This document shows, one piece after another, positions 25,226 through 38,205 of a stretch of 64,000 nt of DNA. Each line of letters starts with the position of its first letter. Positions within the stretch are counted from its first letter, which is position 1. Position numbers and translations under genes: made by a program. Origin of the DNA: Squalus acanthias (taxonomy: Eukaryota); NCBI GenBank assembly GCA_030390025.1, contig JASTWF010000347.1, positions 124,001 through 188,000 on the forward strand. Direction: 5' to 3'. The notes beneath the pieces were generated by a model that had not been told where the DNA came from, did not search any database, and saw only the letters and a list, made by a program, of their open reading frames with translations.

Positions 25226-26965
25226 CAGCACAGAAGGAGGTGATTCGGCCCATCGTGTCTGTGCCGGCTCTTTGAAAGAACTGTCCAATTTAGTCCCAAA
25301 CCCCAGCTTTATCCCCAGAACTCTGCAAACTAGTCCTCTTCAAGTACACGTCCAATCACCGTTTGAAAGTTCCTGTGGAACCTGATTCCAGCATCCTTTC
25401 AGATGGTGCGTTCCAGATCTTAACAACCCTCTGTGTGAAAACAATTCTCCTCATTCACCTCTAGTTCTTTTAGCAACTATTTTAAATCTGTGACCTTTGG
25501 TTACCGACCCACTTGCCAGAGTGAACAGTTTCTCCCTACTTGCTCGATCAAAACCCCTCATCATTTTGAACACCTCTATTAGGTCTCCTCTTAACCTTCT
25601 CTGCTCTAAGGGGAACAATCCCAGCTTCTCCAATCTCTCCACATAACTGAAGTCCCTCATCCCTGGTACCATCCTGGTCAACCTCCTCTGCACCCTCTCC
25701 AAGGCCTTGACATCCTTCCTAAAGTGTGGTGCCCAGAACTGTACACAAGACTCCAGCTGAGGCCAAAACCCTGCAGCTGTACAAAACCCTGGTTAGACCA
25801 CACCTGGAGTACTGTGAGCAGTTCTGGGCATCACACCTTAGGAAGGATATATTGGCCTTGGAGGGAGTGCAGCGCAGGTTTACCAGAATGATACCCGGAC
25901 TCAAGGGTTAAGTTACGGGAGAGATTACACAAATTAGGGTTGTATTCCCTAGAATTTAGAAGGTTAAGGTGTGATCTGATCGAAGTTTTCAGGATATTAA
26001 GGGGAACAGATAGGGTAGATAGAGAGAAACTATTTCCGCTGGTTGGGGATTCTAGGACTCGGGGCATAGTCTAAAAATTAGAGCCAGACCTTTCAGGAGT
26101 GAAATTAGGAAACACTTCTACACACAAAGGGTGGTAGAAGTTTGGAACTCTCTTCCGCAAACGGCAATTGATGCGAGATCAATTGTTAATTTTAAATCTG
26201 AGATTGATAGGTTTTTGTTACCCAAAGGTATTAAGGGATATGGGCCAAAGGCGGGTGTATGGAGTTAGGTCACAGATCAGCCATGATCTCATTGAATGGC
26301 GGAACAGGCTCGAGGGGCTGAATGGCCTCCTCCTGTCCTATGTTCCTAACTAGTGATTTGTAAAGGTTTAGTGTAACTTCCTTGTTTTTGTATTCAATGG
26401 CCCTATTTACAAAGCCAAGTATCCCATACGCTTTCTGAACCGCCTCACCAACTTGCCGTGGCACTTTCAAAGATTTGTGAATATGGACCCCCAGGTCCCT
26501 CTGCTCTTGCACCCCCTCAAAATAGTCCCATTTAGATTATACGGCCTCTCCCTGTTCTTTCTCCCAAAGTGCATCACTTCACACTTATCCTCATTTAATT
26601 TCATCTGCCTTGTGTCTGCTCATTTCACAGTCTGTCTCTGTCCTCCTGAAGTCTGCTACTACTATGCTCACTATTTACTACGTTGCCAAGTTTTGTATCA
26701 TCTGTAAACTTCAAACTTGTCCACCTATACCCAAGTCCAGGTCAGTTATATATAACAAGAAAAGCAATGGTCCTAATCCCGACCCCTGGGGGAACCCACT
26801 GCATACTTCCCTCCAGTCAGAAAAACATCCCTCAGCACTGCTCACTGTCTCCTCTCCCTTAGCCAATTATATACCCAAATTACCATCAGCCCTTTCATTC
26901 CCTGTGCTTCTATTCCTCCGAGTAAGTCTGTTGTGTGGTACTTTATCAAATGCCTTTTGAAAGTC
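25214..26965. mobile_element. Nested CR1 fragments (minus 25214-25760, plus 25765-26350, minus 26350-26965)
   Basis: ORFs 25451..25702(-), 25726..25911(+), 26270..26512(-) all carry CR1 ORF2 motifs. Confidence 0.85.
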
Positions 26966-29220
26966 CATAAGAACATAAGAAATAGGAGCAGGAGTGGGCC
27001 ATACGGCCCCTCGAGCCTGCTCCACCATTCAATAAGATCATGGCTGATCATCGACCTCAACTCCACTTTCCTGTCCGATCTCCATTTCCCTTGATTCCCC
27101 CAGAGTCCAAAAATCTATCGATCTCAGCCTTGAATATGCTCAAAGACTCAGCATTCACAGCCCTCTGGGGCAGAGAATTCCAAAGATTCACAACCCTCTG
27201 AGTGAAGAAATTCCTCCTCATCTCAGTCTTAAATGGCCGACCCCTTATCCTGAGACTATGCCCCCTAGTTCTAGACACTCCAGCCAGGGGAAACAACCTC
27301 TCAGCATCTACCCTGTCAATCCCCCTCAGAATCTTGTATGTTTCAATGAGATCACCTCTCATTCTTCTAAACTCCAGAGAGCATAGGCCCATTCTACACA
27401 ATCTCTCATCATAGGACAGCCCTCTCATCCCAGGAATCAATCTAGTGAACCTTCGTTGCACCGCCTCCAAGGCAAGTATATCCTTCCTTCGATAAGGAGA
27501 CCAAAACTGTGCACAGTACTCCAGGTGTGGTCTCACCAAGGCCCTGTACAATTGTAGCAAGACTTCCTTACTCTTATACTCCAACCCCCTTGCATAAAGG
27601 CCAACATGCCATTTGCCTTCCTTATTGCTTGCTGTACCTGCATGCTAGCTTTCTGTGTTTCTTGCACGAGGACACCCAAATCTCTCTGAACACCAACATT
27701 TGAAAGTTTCTCACCATTTAAAAAATATTCTGTTTTTCTATTCTTCCTACCAAAGTGAATAACCTCACATTTCCCTACATTATACTCCATCTGCCACCTT
27801 ACTGCCCACTCACTTAGTCTATCTATATCCCTTTGCAGACTCTTTGTGTTCTCCTCACAGCTTACTGTCCCACCTAGCTTTGTATCATCAGCAAACTTGG
27901 ATACATTACACTCGGTCCCTTCATCTAGGTCATTAATATAGATTGTAAATAGCTGAGGCCCCAACACTGATCCTTGCGGCACCCCACTAGTTACAGCCTG
28001 CCAACCTGAAAAAGATCAGTTTATCCCTACTCTCTGTTTTCTGTCCGTTAACCAATCCTCTATCCATGCTACTATATTACCCCCAACCCCATGAGCCCTA
28101 ATCTTGTGTAATAACCTTTTATGTGGCACCTTATCGAATGCCTTTTGGAAATCCAAATATACTACATCCACTGACTCCCCTTTATCTACCCTGCTAGTTA
28201 CATCCTCAAAAAACTCAAACATGATTTCCCTTTCATAAAACCATGTTGACTCTGTCTAATCATGTTATGATTTTCTAAGTGCCCTGATACCACTTCCGTA
28301 ACAATGGATTCCAGCATTTTCCCAATGACTGATGTCAGGCTAACTGGCCTGTAGTTCCCTGTTTTTTCACTCCCTCCTTTCTTGAATAGCGGTGTTACAT
28401 TTGCGACCATCCAATTCGCTGGGACCGTTCCAAAATCTAGGGAATTTTGGAAGATCAAAACCAATGCATCCACTATCTCTTCAGCCACCTCTTTTAGAAC
28501 CCTAGGATGTAGGCCGTCAGGTCCAGGGGATTTGTCGGCTTTTAGTACCATTAGTTTCTCTAGTACTCTCGTACTTATATTAATTACATTAAGTTCCTCA
28601 CCCTCATTAGACCCTCGGTTCCCCACCATCTTTGGTATGCTTTTGTGTCTTCTACGTTTCTGCCATTTCCTTATTCCCCACAATAATTTCTCCTGTCTGT
28701 ACCTCTAAGGAACCAACGTTGTCAGCTATGGCTCAGTTGGTAGCACACTCGCCTCTGGGTCAAAGGGTTGTGGGTTCAAGTCCCGCTCCATGGGACTTGA
28801 GCACATAAAGCTAGGTTGACACTCCAGTGCTGTGCTGAGGGAGTGCTGCACTGTCAGAGGTGCCGTCTTTCGGATGAGACGTTAAACCGAGGCCCCGTCT
28901 GCCCTCTCAGGTGGATGTAAAAGATCCCATGGCACTATTTCGAAGAAGAGTAGGTGAGTTCTCCCCAGTGTCCTGGCCAATATTTATCCCTCAACCAACA
29001 TAACAAAAACAGATTATCTGGTCATTATCACATTGCTGTTTGTGGGAGCTTGCTGAGCACAAATTGGCTGCCGCGTTTCCCACATTACAACAATGACTCC
29101 ACTTCAAAAAGTACTTCATTGGCTGTAAAGAGCTTTGAGACGTCCGGTGGTCGTGAATGGCGCTATATAAATGCAAGTCTTTCTTCTTTCTTTACTTTTG
29201 CTACTCTCTTCCTTTTTGAT
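26966..29220 (-). mobile_element. CR1 LINE RT region, frameshifted and interrupted by a SINE
   Basis: ORFs 28198..28683, 28016..28222, 27533..27982, 27057..27584; CATAAGAA tail at 26966; resumes at 29191. Confidence 0.93.
28721..29190 (+). mobile_element. Apparently full-length tRNA-derived Deu-domain SINE with an L2-like tail
   Basis: A box TGGCTCAGTTGG, B box GGTTCAAGTCC, central GTGCTGCACTGTCAGAGGTGCCGTCTTTCGGATGAGACGTTAAACCGAGG, tail GCTATATAAATGCAAG(TCTT)n. Confidence 0.85.
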
Positions 29221-29487
29221 GCTTTTGATTTAATTATTAAACATTTAAGAAATTATTGCAGTGACCAGGGCTGTCTCTAAAACTGCAGGCATTTGTCTTT
29301 AAATAATCTTCTTTAGTGAAGCTGCTGTCGCTCTGGCCCTTTGCCAGGCCCGCTGACTGTGGCCCCTCTCCCAGATTCCAGCCCCAGCTCTGTGCTGACT
29401 GAGCTGCTCTCACCTGGGGACAGCGCGTCACAATCGGCCCCAGCGCACCTGAGCTGCTCACCAGGCCCCGCCCCCTTGCTGCACCGC

Positions 29488-30395
29488 CATTGGTTGGAGG
29501 ACCCGCCGCCCGCTCGGTCCTCCAGGCCCGCCCCACTCTTCCTATTGGTCCGAGCTCCCGTCAATCACCCGGGCAGTGTGAGCTGAGCATGCGCGGACCT
29601 TGGCAGCAGCCGCTGACACATCAGGTGAGAGAGCTCAGGGAGCGGGTTAATAAACCCCGGGGGGACGCGGGCTGCACACACCCCGAGTGCGGCCCCAGGC
29701 CCCATTATTAAAACACTCAACATTATCCGCTTCACAAACACCCGGGGTGGGCCTCAGGCCCCGAACAAGAGCCTCCGGGCCGGGCTTTGCCCCGAGCGGG
29801 GCGGCAGCTGCGGGGCTTTCTCCCGGTGACAGGCCCGGGTTAACGGCCGCCATCTTGACAGGCTCAGGGGGCAGCAGGGCGCATGCGCGGCCCCCTTGGC
29901 CAGGAACCAGGAGGAGAGAATCTTGGCAATTTCTATCCTGGACTCACAGTCATGGCTTTTGGAAACTCCTTTTACAGGCTGTGAGAAGGGCAGCATTTAC
30001 ACACCGCAAACTCAAACCAAACATCACATCAAGATCTGACAGAGTCACTCCATTCATCAGGACCCGAATATCATCGGCCTTTGAATGTGGAAGGAGAAAT
30101 GTTTGTCTGTTCTGTCTGTGGGAAAAGATTTCAAACATCAGTGTGACTGGAAAAGCACCGAGACACACACACCCGAGTGAGAGTGTTCCAGTGCACTGAC
30201 TGTGGAAAGAGCTTTAACCAGTTACACAGCCTGAAAAAACATCGCACCGTTCACAGCGGGGAGAAACCGTACACGTGTTCTGTGTGTGGACGAGGCTTCA
30301 ACTGATCGTCCAACCTGGAGAGACACAAGGACACCCGCACCATGGAGAGACCGTGGGAAGCGAGTCAAATACCCGTCTGAGCTGGAAACTCATCG
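29488..30395 (+). pseudogene. Truncated ZNF-E with its type-1 promoter (close paralogue of the ZNF-A 5' end)
   Basis: Acceptor ends at 29977; TGA at 30144 and 30303; ACC-ATG-G at 30342; the array breaks off within finger 4. Confidence 0.85.
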
Positions 30396-30714
30396 GTCCT
30401 TCTTTATCTGGAGATTAAATGTCTGTTGTATAATTGTACCAGCAGTTAACAGGCTCCTGTGAACTCCTCTGTCTGCTGTTTTAATGCAGACTGTAACCAA
30501 TATATTTTAAACGGGTTTATGTTAAATGAGTTCATGTCTGCCTTAAAATGGTAGACTCAGGACTGCCACACAAACATGTTAAAGCTTCGTAGAATAATTA
30601 CCAGTCATTTTTAGACTGAAAACTTAAACCTATTTCACTTTCACTGAGGAACAGATCGCGGTTTTACACCAATCTCTGATTCAACAGCACGTTTCCAGCA
30701 TTCACCGTTGTTCT

Positions 30715-31040
30715 TCCTGAACCTGCGACAGTACCTCCCAAACCCGCCACCTCCACCACCTAGGACAAGGGCTGCAGCCGCATGGGAACACCACCACTCC
30801 AAGTTCCCCTCCAAGTCTCACATCATCCTGACTTGGAAATATATCACCGTTCCTTCACCGTCGCTGGGTCAAAATCCTGGAACTCCCTCCCTAACAGCGC
30901 TGTGGGAGTACCTTCACCACACGGACTGCAGCGGTTCAAGAAGGCGGCTCACCACCCACTTCTCAAGGGCAATTATGGATGGGCAATAAATGCTGGGCTT
31001 GCCAGCGACGCCCACATCCCAGGAACGAATAAAAAAAATA
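30715..31040 (+). mobile_element. 3' fragment of the poly(A) LINE family seen at 6.6-9.0 kb
   Basis: GLQRFKKAAHH..AATAAA..A8. Confidence 0.85.
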
Positions 31041-31504
31041 CCTAAATATAGCTGGAAAGGAGCCTTCTGTTCTGTGCCCAGGAGCTCATGGAAGCGGGCA
31101 GCTGGGACATATTTCTTACAGGCCTCAAGATTAACCTGAACAGAGTCTTTCCTGTCAGTGCAAAGAGACGAGAAAGACCAAAGTACCGTTTGCCCCTCTC
31201 AGTGTGGCCCTGAAGGACTGTGTCCAGGCTGAAGTTCTGTTCCTGCCGTATGATCCTCCCCCAGATTGTCCTTTCTGAGCTCCAGCCAGGTGATGCTAAA
31301 CACTCAGGTGGGAAAGACAATAATCTACAACAATTTGTTTAAAACAAAGCTGATTTATTTCATATATATCCAGAATATTAAACTCCAGCCCAGTTACAGG
31401 AGTTATTAACATCAGCAGAAACAAACCCTAACTGTCAGAATGAACATGGTTCAGTCCTGGATGTGATTAACAGCAGCAATAACAACAGAATCCAACCCCC
31501 GCAA

Positions 31505-32038
31505 TCACCTGTGAACTCGCTGGTGTGTCAGCAGGTTGGATAACTGAGGGAATCCCTTCCCACACACGGAGCAGGTGAACAGCCTCTCTCCAGTGTGAAC
31601 TCGCTGGTGTACAGTGAGGTCAGATGATCGCCTGAACCCAGTCCCGCAGTGAGAGCACCTGAACGGTCTCTCGCCAGTGTGAACACGTTGATGACACGCC
31701 AATTCCCCGGAACTTTTATAGCACTTCCCACAGTCCGGGCATTTAAAAGGTCTCTCCCCAGTGTGCACTCGCTGGTGTGCCAACAGGTGGGATGAATTAG
31801 TGAATCCCTTCCCACACACGGAGCAGGTGAACGGTCTCTCCCCGGTGTGACTGCGCCGATGAGTTTCCAGTTCGGACGGGTAATTGAATCCTTTCCCACA
31901 GTCCCCACATTTACACCGTTTCTCCCCGGTGTGATTGCGCTTGTGTCTCGACAGGCCAGATGATTGGTTGAAGCCTCGTCCACACACAGAACACGTGTAC
32001 GGTTTCTCCCCACTGTGAACGGTGCTTTTTGTTTCCAT
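31505..32038 (-). CDS. C2H2 zinc-finger protein ZNF-F, 6 fingers, intact (177 aa)
   Basis: ATG at 32038 ([14 protein letters not shown]); uninterrupted to HQRVHR-TGA; conserved 3' tail. Confidence 0.85.
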   Translation of the reverse strand: METKSTVHSGEKPYTCSVCGRGFNQSSGLSRHKRNHTGEKRCKCGDCGKGFNYPSELETHRRSHTGERPFTCSVCGKGFTNSSHLLAHQRVHTGERPFKCPDCGKCYKSSGELACHQRVHTGERPFRCSHCGTGFRRSSDLTVHQRVHTGERLFTCSVCGKGFPQLSNLLTHQRVHR

Positions 32039-32513
32039 GTTTAAAGGCCGATGATATTCAGATCCTGATGAATCGAGTGACTCTGTCAGATCTTGGTACG
32101 ATGTTTGGTTTGATCTTCCTGTCTGCAAATCCGCCCCTTCCAATACCCTGCAAAATGAATTTAAAACAGGAAAAAGGGAGCGTGAGAGAGAACCCACAAT
32201 AAAACAAAGGTAGGCTGTGAAATTGAGCTGAATGAATCTGGGAATTTGTGGGGCCGGCAGCAGAAACAAGTGACCATGAAAGCTGCTGGATTGTCGTAAA
32301 ACCCAACTGGTTCACTAATGTCCTTCAGGGAAGGGAAACCGCCTCCTGGTCTGGGCCTACACAAGACACTGGCCTCTATGGGAGGAGAGAGAGAGGTGGG
32401 AGGGGCGATGGAGAGGGACTTTAAACATCTGCAACTTGATAAGGCTTCTTTGACAGAACCAGCCAAACCCACGACCTCCACCTCCTAGAAGGACCAGGGA
32501 AGCACGTGCATGG

Positions 32514-33386
32514 TGTAACATCCCAGAGGGACCCTGGTTCCTAATGATTCGAGGTTGACCCGTATTGGGGACAGTGATTTAACTTTATTCAGCACAAGCA
32601 AGACTTAATACATTACAGTATTCGAGCAGCAGTTTACAGAGTATAATTGAGACTTATATTACCACTTATACTCTGGGTAGAAGCCACAACCGTGAATAAG
32701 CTGCACCCTGTGTCTCTTGTCTCTCTTCATCTCCCGGGTGTCTCCTTGATTATTCCTGAAATCTTCTACTCCTGAAATCTTCTACAATTTGTGCCTCGAG
32801 ACCCCCTTCCTATACCCTTACTCTCATTCAAAACCTATGGAGTCCTCTTGAACCAATCACTGGCTGACACCCAGACCCAAAATCCAATCATAAAGACGCC
32901 ACATTCGTAGCACCCTGGTTTACACAGGCTTTAGTCTGATGACACTCTTACATCATCTGTTTTTGACCATCAAGACTCATAGCTGGGGTTGTTATGGCAA
33001 TACGAAAGGAACATGTCTCATTGGTTGCGATACGGCCCTTGAACTTGGCCTTTGTTTTTAATTCACTGCGGATGTTATAACATTCCACACAGTGGTAACT
33101 GCAGCTAACCTTGGTTCCCAGGCTAACTGCAGTCTAATCGACCACGGCAATCTCTTTCTCACCCCAGGTTGTCTGGTTACAGCTTACTCACAGACTTTTA
33201 AGCATAAAAAGGGTTACATGTTATACTTAATTCAGGTTACCATTGCATATAGTTGATGATTACAGACTTTTATATTTAATTCCTATACACGATTATAAAT
33301 CCATTACTGATGATTATAAGATACTGATGATTATAAGATAGTAAAGCAAGTATTCTAAAAACCAACTAATCCATGATAATCTTACA
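32514..33386 (-). mobile_element. LTR-like element, about 873 bp, without a matching TSD
   Basis: Termini TGTAA..TTACA; minus-strand AATAAA near 32585 and TATA near 32812; truncates a LINE fragment on its left. Confidence 0.6.
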
Positions 33387-33947
33387 CTATTGACAACACG
33401 ACCGACCTGCATCACCGGTAACATCACAATGACTATTGACAATACGACCGACCTGCATCACCGGTGACATCACAATGACTATTGACAATACGACCGACCT
33501 GCATCACCGGTGACATCACAATGACTATTGACAATACGACCGACCTGCATCACCGGTGACATCACAATGACTATTGACAATACGACCGACCTGCATCACC
33601 GGTGACATCACAATGACTATTGACAATACGACCGACCTGCATCACCGGTGACATCACAATGACTATTGACAACACGACTGACCTGCATCACCGGTGACAT
33701 CACAATGACTATTGACAATACGACCGACCTGCATCACCGGTGACATCACAATGACTATTGACAACGCGACCGACCTGAATCACTGGTGACATCACAATGA
33801 CTATTGACAATACGACCGACCTGCATCACCGGTGACATCACAATGACTATTGACAATACGACCAACCTGCATCACCGGTGACATCACAATGACTATTGAC
33901 AACACAGCCAACCTGCAGCACCGGTGACATCACAATGACCATTGACA
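33387..33947. repeat. 46-bp minisatellite, about 12 copies
   Basis: Unit CTATTGACAATACGACCGACCTGCATCACCGGTGACATCACAATGA. Confidence 0.95.
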
Positions 33948-33955
33948 CTGAACGA

Positions 33956-34055
33956 TTTAGGGTTAGTGGTTGGGGTTCGGGGCAGGTGTTACACTTAGGG
34001 GTTAGTGGTTAGGATTAGAGGTAAGTGGTTATGTTTACGGGTTAGGATTAGGGAT
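33956..34055 (+). repeat. Degenerate telomere-like TTAGGG variants
   Basis: TTAGGGTTAGTGGTTGGGGTTCGGG..TTAGGGGTTAGTGGTTAGGATTAGAGG..GGGTTAGGATTAGGG. Confidence 0.55.
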
Positions 34056-34107
34056 AGAAATAATTATTGATGATGCCAATGTCACTGGATGTGTCCTTCT
34101 TCATTTT

Positions 34108-34725
34108 GTGTCACAGTGTAAGTGGTCCCTGGATTTGGTTTTTCATTGTATGTGATCCCTAGATTTGGTGTCACAATGTAAGTGGGCCTTGGATTTTGTG
34201 TCTCAGTGTAAGTGGTCCCTGGATTTGGTTTCTCATTGTAAGTGGTGCCTGGATTTGGTGTCTCAATGTAAGTGGTCCCTGGATTTGGTGTCTCAGTGTA
34301 AGTGGTCCCTGGATTTGGTGTCTCAGTGTAAATGGTGCCTGGATTTGGTGTCTCAGTGTAAGTGGTCCCTGGATTTGGTGTCTCATTGTAAGTGGTGCCT
34401 GGATTTGGTGTCTCAGTGTAAGTGGTCCCTCGATTTGGTGTCTCAGTGTAAGTGGTCCCTGGATTTGGTGTCTCAGTGTAAGTGGTCCTTGGATTTGGTT
34501 TCTCATTGTAAGTGGTCCCTGGATTTGGTGTCTCATTGTAAGTGGTCCCTGGATTTGGTGTCTCAGTGTAAGTGGTCCCTGGATTTGGTGTCTCATTGTA
34601 AGTGGTCCCTGGATTTGGTGTCTCAGTGTAAGTGGTCCCTGGATTTGGTTTCTCAGTGTAAGTGGTGCCTGGATTTGGTGTCTCAATGTAAGTGGTCCCT
34701 GGATTTGGTGTCTCTGTGTAAGTGA
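34108..34725 (+). repeat. 30-bp minisatellite, about 20 copies
   Basis: Unit TCTCAGTGTAAGTGGTCCCTGGATTTGGTG. Confidence 0.97.
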
Positions 34726-35264
34726 TCCCCCATAGAGCTGGTTCCCAAGGCCCCGCCCCTACATAGAGTGGGTTTCTTCATATGGCCTGCTGGGTCAGGT
34801 TATAAAGAGACCGCGCATTGTTCCTCCTCCCACTGCCTGGGGGAATGGGGCAGATATTTAAATGGACCCCTTTACTTTGTATATTTATAGTTAAAGGGAC
34901 AATCTGGTTTATCTTGGAGTGTCGGAGCACTTCACTGACAGAGCTCCTATTAACAGTCGCTCCCTTCTGTACTCGTGCAGTGATTGTAAACCTGTCTGTT
35001 TTAGTGACTTGAGCCTTTCTAAAATGTCTCACTTTTTGCTTGTTCAATTTTGAAAGACTTCAGAATTTTGCAGTTTAATGAAGGTTTCCTTTAAAGGTGG
35101 AGTAACATTCCTTTCAAAATATTCTGTTCTAACCCTCCCCCAAATTTTAAAACACTCTGCACAACTGACTGGGAAGGTCCCAAGTTCAATCCTGTTTGTT
35201 GATCTCAGACAAGACAGCTCCGGGTCTATAATTGGCCTCAGTACCACTGGCCTAAATAAGAGTA

Positions 35265-35610
35265 AAAATCCCCCGCGCGGCAGAATGTGTCCACAGGAGC
35301 CCAGTGCGCAGGCGCGGGACTGGGCTGTGCTCTGAGCATGCGCATTGCGAGTAGTGGCGATGGTCTGGACCGGAAGAGACGGTTCCGGGAGGCGGTAGGA
35401 GATTATGGGCTCGGGGAGGAACTGGACCCGCGGGTGGGCTGGGAAGCTTCATAAACACCCGGTGTAGGCCTCAGGCCCCGAATAAGAGCCCACAGGCCTC
35501 GTGTTTGCCCCGCGGTGACAGGTCCGGCCGCCATCTTGGACAGGGCGGGATCACGCCGCATGCGCGGCCATCTTGGCCAGGAACAGAGTGGGCGGGGCTT
35601 CAGGGTCTCT
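35265..35610 (+). promoter_or_regulatory. Type-2 promoter/first exon of ZNF-G
   Basis: TGCGCAGGCGC, GCATGCGCA, CCGGAAG, two GCCATCTTGG; paralogue of 9930-10322. Confidence 0.6.
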
Positions 35611-35634
35611 GTTCCCAACCGGGTCCCAGTGCCC

Positions 35635-36062
35635 GGGAGATGGAGCATCCTGGGCAACAGGTTTTTAATCACCTTCACCCACTCCCAGGCCGCATGTGAT
35701 GTTTGCGGCCTAGAGGAGTCCATGGGCCGTGTATATATTCAGTGTGAGAGGTTACAGCCCCTGTATAGTTACCTGAAGGGGCTGCTCCTCAACTCTTGGT
35801 TACACTTTAGCCCCACGCTCCTAATCTTTGGCCGCCCGGTGCGGAGGGGGAGGGTAAGTCGGAGGATCTTCTCCTGGACCTGCTCTTGGGCCTGGCGAAA
35901 ACAGCAATTTGTAGGCCCAGGATGGTCGGGGCCCATGGGGGGGTCACTCTGGCTGCCTGCCTCTCTCCCGCTGTCTTGTCCCTGCCCGGGTGGCCCTGGA
36001 GAGGGAGCAGGCGGTGTCCACCGGTTCACTTGATATCTTCCTCGACCGGTGGGCACCTCAGG
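35635..36062 (+). mobile_element. L1/Tx1-like ORF2 C-terminal fragment
   Basis: CDVCGLEES..YIQCERLQPLYSYLKGLLLNSWLHFSPTLLIFG. Confidence 0.75.
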
Positions 36063-36383
36063 GTACAGAGTGTCTCTCAGACACTGGGAACAACATTCTG
36101 GTTTAGTTCGGAAGGTTCCCTTTCCCTTTGTTGCTTATTTTGGCTTTTTTTAGTTTGATTGGACCACAGGTTTGGGGGAACAAGAGAGGAAAGAATGTTC
36201 CATAGAAACTAGAATTGTCTGTTCTGAATTTCTATCCTGTACTTAGTGATGACTTTTGTAAACTCCTTTTACAGGGTATTAGAAGGGGAGGATTTACAGA
36301 CGGGAAACACAAACCAAACATCACATCAAGATCTGACAGAGTCACTCGATTCATCAGGACCTGAATATCATCGGCCTTTGAAT

Positions 36384-37649
36384 ATGGAAGGAGAAATGTT
36401 TGTCTGTTCTGTCTGTGGGAAAAGATTTCAAACATCAGTGTGATTGGAAAAGCACCGAGACACACACACCCGAGTGAGAGTGTTCCAGTGCACTGACTGT
36501 GGAAAGAGCTTTAACCAGTTACACAGCCTGAATAAACATCGCACCATTCACAGTGGGGAGAAACCGTACACGTGTTCTGTGTGTGGACGAGGCTTCAACC
36601 GATCGTCCAACCTGGAGAGACACAAGGACACCCGCACCACGGAGAAACCGTGGAAATGTGGGGACTGTGGGAAGGGATTCAGCTCCCCATCCCAGCTGGA
36701 AACTCATCGGCGCAGTCACACCGGGGAGAGGCCGTTCACTTGCTCTGAGTGTGGGAAGGGATTCAGTCAGTCATCCCACCTGGTGAGACACCAGCGATTT
36801 CACACTGGGGAGAGGCCGTTCACCTGCACTGTGTGTGAGAAGGGATTTGCTCGATTAGCCAACCTCACTGAACACCAACTTGTTCACACTGAAAAGAGAC
36901 CTTTCAAATGTTCTGAGTGTGAGAAGAGCTTTAAAAGCACAAGAGATCTGCTGACACACCAACACACTCACACTGGGGAGAGGCCGTTCACCTGCTCGGT
37001 GTGTGGGAAGCGATTCACTAATTCATCCCACCTGCTGACACACCAGAGAGTTCACACTGGGGAGAGGCCGTTCACCTGCTCAGTGTGTGGGAAAGGATTC
37101 ATTGATTCATCCACCCTGCTGAGACACCAGCGAGTTCACACTGAGGAGAGGCCATTCACCTGCTCCGTGTGTGGTAAGGGATTCACTCAGTCATCCAACC
37201 TGTTGAAACACCAGCGAGTTCACACTGGGCAGAGACCGTTCACCTGCACTGTGTGTGGGAAGGTTTTTGCTCGATTAACCAACCTCACTAAACACCAACT
37301 TGTTCACGCTGAAAAGAGACCTTTCAAATGTTCTGAGTGTGAGAAGAGCTTTAAAAGCACAAGAGATCTGCTGACACACCAACACACTCACACCGGGGAG
37401 AGGCCGTTCACTTGCTCCGTGTGTGGGAAGGGATTCATGAATTCATCCCGCCTGTTAACACACCAGCGAGTTCACACTGGGGAGAGGCCGTTCACCTGCT
37501 CCGTGTGTGGGAAGGGATTCATTGATTCATCCACCCTGCTGAGACACCAGCGAGTTCACACCGGGGAGAGGCCGTTCACCTGCACTGTGTGTGGGAAGGG
37601 ATTCACTCAGTCATCCCACCTGCTGAAACACCAGCGAGTTCACAAGTGA
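36384..37649 (+). CDS. C2H2 zinc-finger protein ZNF-G, 15 finger units, single in-frame TGA in finger 1
   Basis: Acceptor ends at 36274; ATG at 36384; TGA at 36441; then 401 open codons in the same frame; ACC-ACG-G at 36639. Confidence 0.8.
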
Positions 37650-38019
37650 CTGCAGGGGTTGGATTCTGCTGTTTTTGCTGCTGTTAATCACATCCAGGAC
37701 TGAACCATGTTCATTCTGACAGGTGGGGTTTGTTTCTGCTGATGAGAATACCTCCTGTAACTGGGCTGGAGTTTAATATTCTGGATAAATGTGAAATATA
37801 GTGTCGAGTATTTGTTTGCTCCAAGGTAAGAGGAGACTAATTGATGTCCTGTTACCGACTGCTCCATTTTTGGGCCTTTTCTCCTTTCTAACTCTAGATT
37901 ATCTCAGTTCAAACACCTTCAGTTATTCTCAAGTCCCAGCTCCCCACACCTTCCAGAGAGCCTGTAATAGAAAATGACTGAAGATTTATCCCAGTGTAAC
38001 TATTGCTGTTATCCAAGGA

Positions 38020-38205
38020 AAAAGGCTTGTATTTCTGTCGCACCTTTCACAACCTCAGGACGTCCCAAAGCGCTTTACAGACAAGGAAGTACTTTTGAAG
38101 TGTAGTCACTGTTCTAATGTAGGAAATTTCTGCACAGCAAGCTCCCACAAGCAGCAATGTGATATTGCCCAGATAATCTATTTTTCAATGACATTGATTG
38201 AGGAT
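38020..38205 (-). mobile_element. SINE 3' part (Deu/L2-tail family)
   Basis: Reverse complement of 28980-29180-type sequence. Confidence 0.7.

Noticed and set aside
33387..33947. CRISPR-like regular repeats
   Set aside because: Head-to-tail units with no unique spacers, no cas genes, and a vertebrate context.
9889..35458. Paralogous short ORFs over promoter modules (MFMKL.SP.., MSFPPECLAS.., MEDPPPARSS..)
   Set aside because: Non-ATG starts and differing lengths; the similarity reflects duplicated GC-rich non-coding DNA.
36275..36383. Peptide [36 protein letters not shown] as a novel N-terminal effector domain
   Set aside because: It lies upstream of the first ATG, is frameshifted in ZNF-C and stop-interrupted in A and E; more likely 5' UTR unless an upstream coding exon is found.
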